Assembly: GCA_002269645.1 (NCBI GenBank)
Contig: NIVC01000914.1
Location: 9,981 to 73,980, forward strand
Length of the DNA: 64,000 nucleotides
Source of the DNA: Macrostomum lignano
Lineage: Eukaryota
Direction of reading: 5' to 3'
The translations under genes and the position numbers were made by a program. This document shows, one piece after another, positions 49,545 to 59,500 of the stretch. The notes below the pieces were generated by a model. It made no database searches and was not told the DNA's origin. It was given only the letters and a program-made list of their open reading frames with translations. Position 1 is the stretch's first letter. Every line of letters begins with the position of its first letter.

Positions 49545-51990
49545 GGTCCAGTGTACATTAGAGTTAGGTGGGATTGGCCAAATGGTCCAGTGTACATTGG
49601 AGTGACGTGGGGTTGCCAAATGGTCCAGTGTACATTGGAGCAAAGCAGGGTTGGTCAATGGTCCAGTGTACATTGGAGCGAAGCAGGGTTGGTCAATGGT
49701 CCAGTGTACATTCGATTGAGGTGGGGTTGACCAATGGTCAAGTGTACAATGGCGTGAGGGTGGGTTGGTCAATGGTCAAGTGTACATTGGAGCGAAGCAT
49801 GGTTGGCCAATGGTCCAGTGTACATTGGCGTGAGGTGGGGTTGGTCAATGGTCAAGTGTACATTGGAGTGACGTGGGGTTGCCAAATGGTCCAGTGTACA
49901 TTGGAGCGAAGCAGGGTTGGCCAATGGTCCAGTTTATATTGGAGCGAAGCAGGGTTGGCCAATGGTCCAGTGTACATTGGAGCGAAGCAGGGTTTGCCAA
50001 TGGTCCAGTGTACATTGGAGCGAAGCAGGGTTTGCCAATGGTCCAGTGTACATTGGAGCGAAGCAGGGTTGGCCAATGGTCCAGTGTACATTGGCGTGGA
50101 TGGGGTTGGTCAATGGTCCAGTGTACATTCGATTGAGGTGGGGTTGGCCAATGGTCAAGTGTACATTGGCGTGAGGTGGGGTTGGTCAATGGTCAAGTGT
50201 ACATTGGAGTGAGGTGGGGTTGGCCAATGGTCCAGTGTACATTCGATTGAGGTGGGGTTGGCCAATGGTCAAGTGTACATTGGCGTGAGGTGGGGTTGGC
50301 CAATGGTCCAGTGTACATTGGAGTGAGGTGGGGTTGGCCAATGGTCCAGTGTACATTGGAGCAAAGCAGGGTTGGTCAATGGTCCAGTGTACATTGGAGC
50401 GAAGCAGGGTTGGTCAATGGTCCAGTGTACATTCGATTGAGGTGGGGTTGGCCAATGGTCAAGTGTACATTGGCGTGAGGTGGGGTTGGTCAATGGTCCA
50501 GTGTACATTGGAGTGAGGTGGGGTTGGCCAATGGTCCAGTGTACATTGGAGTGAGGTGGGGTTGGCCAATGGTCCAGTGTACATTTGATTGAGGTGGGGT
50601 TGGCCAATGGTCAAGTTTACATTGGCGTGAGGTGGGGTTGGTCAATGGTCAAGTGTACATTGGAGTGAGGTGGGGTTGGCCAATGGTCCAGTGTACATTG
50701 GAGTGAGGTGGGGTTGGCCAATGGTCCAGTGTACATTGGAGTGAGGTGGGGTTGGCCAATGGTCCAGTGTACATTGGAGTGAGGTGGGGTTGGCCAATGG
50801 TCAAGTGTACATTGGCGTGAGGGTGGGTTGGTCAATGGTCAAGTATACATTGGCGTGAGGTGGGGTTGGCCAATGGTCCAGTGTACATTGGAGCGAAGCA
50901 GGGTTGGTCAATGGTCCAGTGTACATTGGATTGAGTGGGGTTGGCCAATGGTCAAGTGTACATTGGCGTGAGGTGGGGTTGGTCAATGGTCAAGTGTACA
51001 TTGGAGTGAGGTGGGGTTGGCCAATGATCCAGTGTACATTGGCGTGAGGTGGGGTTGGTCAATGGTCAAGTGTACATTGGAGTGAGGTGGGGTTGGCCAA
51101 TGGTCCAGTGTACATTGGAGCAAAGCAGGGTTGGTCAATGGTCCAGTGTACATTGGAGCGAAGCAGGGTTGGTCAATGGTCCAGTGTACATTCGATTGAG
51201 GTGGGGTTGGCCAATGGTCAAGTGTACATTGGCGTGAGGTGGGGTTGGTCAATGGTCCAGTGTACATTGGAGTGAGGTGGGGTTGGCCAATGGTCCAGTG
51301 TACATTGGAGTGAGGTGGGGTTGGCCAATGGTCCAGTGTACATTTGATTGAGGTGGGGTTGGCCAATGGTCAAGTTTACATTGGCGTGAGGTGGGGTTGG
51401 TCAATGGTCAAGTGTACATTGGAGTGAGGTGGGGTTGGCCAATGGTCCAGTGTACATTGGAGTGAGGTGGGGTTGGCCAATGGTCCAGTGTACATTGGAG
51501 TGAGGTGGGGTTGGCCAATGGTCCAGTGTACATTGGAGTGAGGTGGGGTTGGCCAATGGTCAAGTGTACATTGGCGTGAGGGTGGGTTGGTCAATGGTCA
51601 AGTATACATTGGCGTGAGGTGGGGTTGGCCAATGGTCCAGTGTACATTGGAGCGAAGCAGGGTTGGTCAATGGTCCAGTGTACATTGGATTGAGTGGGGT
51701 TGGCCAATGGTCAAGTGTACATTGGCGTGAGGTGGGGTTGGTCAATGGTCAAGTGTACATTGGAGTGAGGTGGGGTTGGCCAATGATCCAGTGTACATTG
51801 GCGTGAGGTGGGGTTGGTCAATGGTCAAGTGTACATTGGAGTGAGGTGGGGTTGGTCAATGGTTAAGTGTACATTGGAGTGAGGTGGGGTTGGCCAATGG
51901 TCAAGTGTACATTGGCGTGAGGTGGGGTTGGTCAATGGTCAAGTGTACATTGGCGTAAGGTGGGGTTGGCCAATGGTCCAGTGTACATTG
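49545..51990. repeat. Expanded about 38-bp minisatellite (block B) with an internal 759-bp higher-order duplication
   Basis: Direct reading; near-identical ORF pairs offset by 759 bp (50617/51376, 50801/51560). Confidence 0.94.
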
Positions 51991-52659
51991 ATGTTGGGCT
52001 GTTCCAAAGGCAATTTTAGCACAATGCCAAACTCCCATGCCTATAATAACCAATAAAAACACGAATCAGTGTCCGGACACAACGAATAGGAAAGCATGGA
52101 AAAGTAAAAAAAGAACTGGGAGAACAAAAACTATTTTAAAAAAACACACACATATGCACTGGATTAGCGCAGTCTGATGCAAATGAAAAAAAATATTTCA
52201 GCCGACAAATAAATAGCATTTCTTGTCCAAGCAACTTTTTCTTACACAGAGACTGTAATATAGGAGAATGAGCAATTTGCAGCTAGTGCCGAAATTTTCA
52301 ATAGTTGCGGCAGCGACAAATATAATAGCAAGGCAACAAAAAGGCGTTTGTTAAATAGAACAATTTACATGCAGACACAAGTGCTTTAGATAAGGAAAAC
52401 CCATAGCCAGTTGTCAAAGGTAACGAGAATGAAATCTGTATGGGCCTGAGCAGGCGGCAATATCTGTCAGCGCTTTATGGATCTGTAATTTTGCGCTACA
52501 ACCTCTGTCTCGGATTGTGTTAAAATTACAGGTGAACCGTGAAGACTGGAGATTCAGATTACTTTAAGCGCTTCTGGCACACCTCCTCATTTAGTCATAA
52601 AACTGCTTTGCTGCGTCTGAAAGAGAATTCGCAAGTACACAAAGTTCAGGAAAGAGAGG

Positions 52660-53415
52660 CGGGGAAGGGAGAGAGGCAGAGGGGAAGGGGAGAGGCAGAG
52701 GGGAAGGGAGAGAGGCAGAGGGGAAGGGGAGAGGCAGAGGGGAAGGGGAGAGGCAGAGGGGAAGGGAGAGTGGCAGAGGAGAGACAGGGAAAGGGAGGGC
52801 GACGGGGGACAGGGAGAGAGGAAGAAAGGGGGAGAGAGGGGAGAGAGGGGAAGGGAGAGGGTAAAGGAGAGAGGGAGAGGAGAGAGGGAGGGGGAGTGAG
52901 AGGGGGAGAGAGGGTGGAGATGGAGAGGAGAGAGGGAGGGGGAGGGAAAGGAGGAGAGAGGGAGGGAGAGGGAAAGGAGGAGAGAGGGAGGGAGAGGGAA
53001 AGGAGGAGAGAGGGAGGGAGAGGGAAAGGAGGAGAGAGGGAGGGAGAGGGAAAGGAGGAGAGAGGGAGGGGGAGGGAAAGGAGGAGAGAGGGAGGGAGAG
53101 GGAAAGGAGGAGAGAGGGAGGGGGAGGGAAAGGAGGAGAGAGGGAGGGAGAGGGAAAGGAGGAGAGAGGGAGGGAGAGGGAAAGGAGGAGAGAGGGAGGG
53201 AGAGGGAAAGGAGGAGAGAGGGAGGGAGAGGGAAAGGAGGAGAGAGGGAGGGAGAGGGAAAGGAGGAGAGAGGGAGGGAGAGGGAAAGGAGGAGAGAGGG
53301 AGGGAGAGGGAAATGACAGAGGGAGGGAGAGGGAAAGGAGAGAGGGAGGGAGAGGGAAAGGAGGAGAGAGGGAGGGAGAGGGAAAGGAGGAGAGAGGGAG
53401 GGAGAGGGAAAGGAG
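52660..53415. repeat. GA-rich polypurine tract (block B)
   Basis: Direct reading. Confidence 0.93.
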
Positions 53416-53571
53416 AGAGGAACACAGATGAATCGATGACAGGAAGCAACGTGTTGTCCTCCGCTGAGAGCATCTCTGCAGTGCTAGTGAAATGTTACAG
53501 TTTGAAAATTGCGCAACTATTCGGGCGCAGCAAAGCCAAGGCTCCGCCCACCCAGCCAGCCAGCCAGCCAG

Positions 53572-56500
53572 TCAAGCGTGGAAGGCAACGTCGGGCAGGC
53601 GGCCCGGCAGGAGGGCGGCGGCGGAATCCGGCAGGCCGAACTCGCGCACGGCCCACAGCTGCGCCTGCCTGTGCAGGGCGGCCCGGTCGGCGGCCGGCAG
53701 GAGGCCAGCCCGGACGAACAGGCTGCCGGAGAGCAGCTCCTGGACACGGCGGAGCAGGCTGGCCGCAGTGGCCGGGTCGATTGGCGAACAGCCGGGCGGC
53801 AGGGTGGCCACGAGGTCCGGGCCGCCGCCGCCGTGGCCGCCCCACAGACCCGCAGCCGCGGCGGCGGCGGAAGCCGCGTCCGGCGGTGCAACGGCGGCCG
53901 GCTGCGGACTGGCCGGTAGACGGCGCGGCGGCTCCGGCGGGCACTGAGCCAAAGTGAGGTCGCGGGTTCGATCGCTGAGCACGGAGCGAATCTCCTCAAG
54001 ATGCGGTGCGAACAGCCTGGGATGCCGATAGCCACCGTCGGATCCGCCGCCGCCGCCGGCGTGCAGCCAGGCGGCCGGCCGGGACAGCCCGGCGTCCTTC
54101 GGCAGCAGCTTCCGCCTGACGGCCTCCTGCAGGCTGTCAGGGCACAGCAAGTGCTCCAATCGGAGTCCCTGTGACACCAGGTCGCCCAGCACAGAGGACA
54201 GCTCCTCTGAGGCCGCCGCTGCCGCTGCTGAACCGGCGGCTCGCTTCTGCCTGCCGCTGGACAAACCGCCCCCACCGCCAGTTTTGCGCGAGAAGCCTGC
54301 AGGTGCGCCCGTCTGTTGCGACTCTGGATATGGAGATGGGGATGGGGGTTGCTAGGAAAGAGAAGCGATCCTTGATGAAGCTGGAGGCTGAGGGGCGATT
54401 AAAGATTAAGCTGGAGGCTGAGGGTCGATTCTTAATGGAGCTGAAGGCTAAGGGGGTTCTTGATGGAGCTGGAGGCTGAAGGGCGATTCCTAATATAACT
54501 GGAGGCTGAAGGGCGATTCTTGATGGAGCTGGAGGCTGAAAGGGCGATTCTTGATGGAGCTGGAGATGTAGAGCAATCCTCCAGGAAGCAGGAGGTAGGG
54601 GGTTGGGGCGATTTTTGCTTGGAATGAAGGAAAATTTTAGTGGAAATTGATGGCTCTAAATCGAACTTCCCCAGAAGTGATTTTCTCAATCAAAGTGCCT
54701 CAGCTTAGCTTGTTATCTCAACAAAAAATCAGATACCAGTTCTATCGCTAATTAGCCCCAAGCTTAGCCATTCATCTCTTGTCTCCTCAGGGCTGCAGGG
54801 AGGGGGGCAGTCTACGCCCCCACAGTTTAACCGGCCAAGCAGGTACTTGTAAACACAGCGGGGCAGTTAACTAACTTACCCCAGCGTCCCCCCCTCTCTC
54901 CATCCTTCCTCCCTCAATTCCGCTTCTCCATCTCATTCATTATAAATTTTGCAGCGCCAACAAGCGGCGGTGCGCCTCTGTGTCAAAACCGCGCCGGCTT
55001 CTCAAGCAATTAAAAGAGCGCCAGGCTTCAACCCTAAGCCAGGTGCAGGTAGGCGTAGCATTAGTGCAGCTCAATAGCTGCTTAGAAGCCGTTCAAAAGG
55101 AATAACAGGAGAGGGATCCCCTTTCTAGGCTTGGCTGTTTTTGAAGAAAAAAACGACTTTTAAACATCAACTGTTCCGTTAGCGAAAGTGCAAGCGGTAG
55201 TTTAGCGCTTCTAGCTGTTCTGTTCCTTGCATAATTAGGGTAGTGTTTTTTGCCACGGCGAAAATTTTACTTTAATTTGAATTCCATCTATCCACGTACA
55301 CTAAAATTGAGTTGCTTCTAGGTATCCATGGGGATTTCAAGGGGTCAGCTGTCCGCTTATCATCTTGGTCATGTTTCTTGGGGAAAAATCTAGTCGATGG
55401 CGCTAAAATCTAGTCTGTGGCGCTAAAATCTAGTCTATGGCGCTAAAATCTAGTCTGTGGCGCTAAAATCTAGTGTCTGTGGCGCTAAAATCTAGCCGAT
55501 GGCGCTAAAATCTAGTATATGGCGCTAAAATGGCGCTATAATCTAGCCTGTAGCGCTAAAATCTAGTCGATTGCGCTAAAATCTAGTTTAGGAACAAAAA
55601 TCTAGTCTGTGGCGCTAAAATCTAGTCTGTGGCACCAAAATCTAGTCTGTGGCGCTAAAATCTAGCCGATGGCGCTAAAATCTAGTCTGTGGCGCTAAAA
55701 TCTAGTCTGTGGCACCAAAAGCTAGTCTGTGGCGCTAAAATCTAATCTGTAGTGCTAAAATCTAGTCTATGGCGCTAAAATGGCGCTATAATCTAGCCTG
55801 TAGCGCTAAAATCTAGTCGATTGCGCTAAAATCTAGTTTAGGAACAAAAATCTAGTCTGTGGCGCTAAAATCTAGCCGATGGCGCTAAAATCTAGTCTGT
55901 GGCGCTAAAATCTAGTCTGTGGCACCAAAAGCTAGTCTGTGGCGCTAAAATCTAATCTGTAGTGCTAAAATCTAGTCGATGGCGCTAAAATCTAGTCTGT
56001 GGAGCTAAAATCTAGTCGACGGTTAGAAAACTAAAAACTAAGTGGTTAATTAACGAGACTTAGGACTGCGACTGGCGCAACTTTTACCAGACATTCGACA
56101 GAAAGAAAGCAAAGCTTATTGCTTTACTAACAGACCACGTGACCTTAAACTGCGCGTAGCAGATAGCAAAACTCGTTAGTAGGACGTGAATCTCCCAAAT
56201 CCATTGGCAGTCCCGCCATAAATTATGGCCGAAAGCAGCAGTTCGGCATTTGATTCGCTATTTCTGTTGAAGCAATAAAATCCGCAGACTACAGACGCGA
56301 TTGGCAAGCAAGGCAGCAGCAGGTAGGAGCAGAAAATTTTCCAGAACAGTAGTCAATCTTGACATCGCCTTGTTTACTTTATACATCTCGCCTCACTCTG
56401 GCTCCCCTCCATAACACGCGCAGACGCCATGATTGATGAGGGAGGTGGTTAGGGCCAGTCCAGCATCCCGGAACACCTCATCAAGTGCCTTCTTTGCCAA

Positions 56501-59500
56501 GTACAAGAGAAACAAACTGGGGTATAAAAGTGCGGCCAGTTGCCGAAGAGAAGATCATTAACTGGCAAGATGTTAAGCCTAGTGGTCAGAGCGTCGGACT
56601 CGCGACTGGAAGGTCTGGGGTTCGATTCTCGGCCCACTCGGAACAATTTGTGTCCTTGAGCAAGACACCTAACTCTGCATTGAGTCAATTCACCCAACTG
56701 TAAAATGGGTGCCAACATTAGCTGGGATGTGTGGCGACCCCCCAGTCCTTGGACTGAACAGCCGTACGCAGCCTTCAGATGCGCCACGCAATAGCTGCGG
56801 CTGAGCTGTCGGTTATTAGGGCGAGTATAGTAAAAACAACTCGTACTGGAAAACCTTCTTATCTAAAGTCAACTCATGATGCTCCAGCCTTACCAAATAA
56901 GTTAGCTAAGGTCACCGAATCCGCAAAAATATCAAGTCAGTCGTGTCCATCGAAGTAAAATAATTTTAGGGTCAATTAGGGTCACGAAAGCAAAGAAGCC
57001 TAGGACATTTAACCTCTATTTGACTGCAGTTTTAGGCGCTTATAACCGTTCCCGACGGATAGGCCGAAAACAGCCATAGACAGTTTTCAAATTTACGATC
57101 ATAAATGTTGCTGCTACCACCGTTCCCGCCTATAGTCTCGCTTAAATTTAGTGTCTGTTCGCTTATTTAATTCATTTATACGGACTGCTTTATATGAGCA
57201 TTTTACTTTTAGTTTAGTTTTGACTAGTTATGGATCTCATTTACACGTCGGACTCGGACAATTTTCTCACTGACGACGAGGACGGATCGTTTTATTTTGA
57301 TGAAGAGCCAGGTGAGGATGGTGACAACGTTGAAAGCGCCAGCAGCTCAGATGAGGACGTCGAAATGGAGGAAGAACACGAGTGGCACCAAGCTATCGAA
57401 GGGACGGACGACAGGCCCACGGCTGTCCAGAGTTCATTGGCACCCCAGGTTTTCGGCCGGACTGGGTACCACCACAATCAGCGAATGGCAGTGAGTCAGA
57501 GTTTTTGCATCAATACCTAACCGACGAGCTGTTCGAGAACATTGCAAGGTGGACGAACGAACGGGCCCGGAGTTTCGCTCAGGAAAGGTCAGCTGATGAG
57601 TTACCAAAGGTTGTGTCTACATGGAAGGATTGCAGTGTTGACGAGGTGAAGAAGCTGATCGGCATCGTGTTGCTTATGGGCATTGATGACAAGCCGGAGA
57701 TCAGCTCATACTGGGCAAAGGATCCTGTGTACCACTGCACGTTTCTGGCTCAGCCACATTCACTTTCGCGCGATCGTTTCAAGCAGATTCTCTCCTGCCT
57801 TCGCTTTTACAGTAGCGCTGGTCCCGCTCCTCAAAGCCCTGTGGACAAAATCTCTCCATTCCTTGCTCTTGTGCAGCACGCCTGTCGGAACAACTACATG
57901 CCCGATCAGAATCTATCAATTGACGAGACTCTGGTCATGTACAAAGGACGGGTACAGTTTAGGCAGTACATTCCTTCTAAGAAGAGCAAGTATGGTATCA
58001 AGTTATACTGCCTGTGTGAGGCCAAGTCCGGATACCTGTGGAACTTTGCCGTTCACACAACGCAGCAGGAGAATGCCAGGTTTGGTGCCGGACTGGACTG
58101 TGAGGCCCTGTCCTTTAGTGAGCGAGTCGTAGCCGAGCTATGCCGCGACATTCTACATCTTGGCCATCGCATCTTCACCGACAGCTGGTTTACATCGTAC
58201 CGACTGGCTTCGTGGCTACTGGCCCGCGACACCATGCTGACTGGCACCGTGCGCAAAGATCGTGGACCGCCGCCACTGCTGCGAGACACTAACCTGCACC
58301 CCACATCATCAGCATTCGCAAGGTGTGGCAACGTGCTGGCGTGCAAGTTTGTAGACTCCAAGAACAGTGGCAAGAAGACTGTGTACTTGCTGGACACGGC
58401 AGGTAACGCGCAGTGCCACGATGTAGCCCGCGTTCGCCCTGGTGGTCAGCAGCAAGTGGTGGCGAAGCCGGTCAGCATCACCACGTACAGTCGTTGTATG
58501 GGTGGAGTGGACCGCATGGACTCTAACACGAGTCCCTACATAGCAAACCGCAAGTCGCTGCGCTGGTTCAACAAGCTGGCTTTCCATCTGATTGTGCTGC
58601 TTGTCCGCAACGCCTGGATCTTGTACAATTACCACGGCGGCAGCATGTCCTTCCTCCACTTCTTGCGCAAGGCGTTAGATATTCTGGTTGCGGAAACCGG
58701 TGTTGCCGAGGTTATATATAGCAGTCAGTAGTCCTTATACATAATATTTATATGGCCGTTTTCGGCCTCTAGTCGTCGGGAACGGCTGTGGTAAAAATTC
58801 CAACAAATTTGGCCCATAGAGATTGATTTTATGCCGTCTAGCTTGGAGGTAGACAGAATGGACGAAAACGGCCATCCGTCTGCCTATGGTTAAGGTCATA
58901 CAAACCATTGAAATTCTATCCTAAGGTCTGTTAGGGTCATCAAACCCGGGAATCTTCGGGTCATTAGGGTGACCGAACCATAAAATCCTGGGGTTATTTA
59001 AGGTCACAGAAACCTCGCAGAGCCATAGGGTCAATTAGAGCCACCGAAACTAAGCATTCAAGGGTCAGTTAGGGTCACCGAACTCCGACATCCTAGGGTC
59101 CATTAGGGTTTCAAAACCCGAGAATCTTCGAGTTAATTAGGGTCACCGAACCACAGCATCCCTGGGTAAATTAGGGTCATCGAACCCCAGCATCCCAGGG
59201 TCAGTTAGGGTCACCGAACCACAGCATCCCAGGGTCAGTTAGGGTCACCGAACCACAGCATCCCAGGGTCAGTTAGGGTCACCGAACCCCAGATCCAGGG
59301 TCAGTTAGGGTCACCGAACCCAGCATCCCAGGGTCAATTAGGGTCACCGAACCACATCATCCCAGGGTCATTTAGGGTCACCAAACCACAGCATCCAGGG
59401 TCCATCCCGTAGACATACCCGCGACAATTTCCGCAGCCCTGGCGGCCACCTGCGCCTCGCCCCAGGCGATGAGGGCGCTCAGCACGTCAGACTCGGCCGC

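Noticed and set aside
26755-51990. Regular 32-38-bp repeats resembling CRISPR arrays
   Set aside because: The units are head-to-tail with no unique spacers, there are no cas genes, and the context is eukaryotic.
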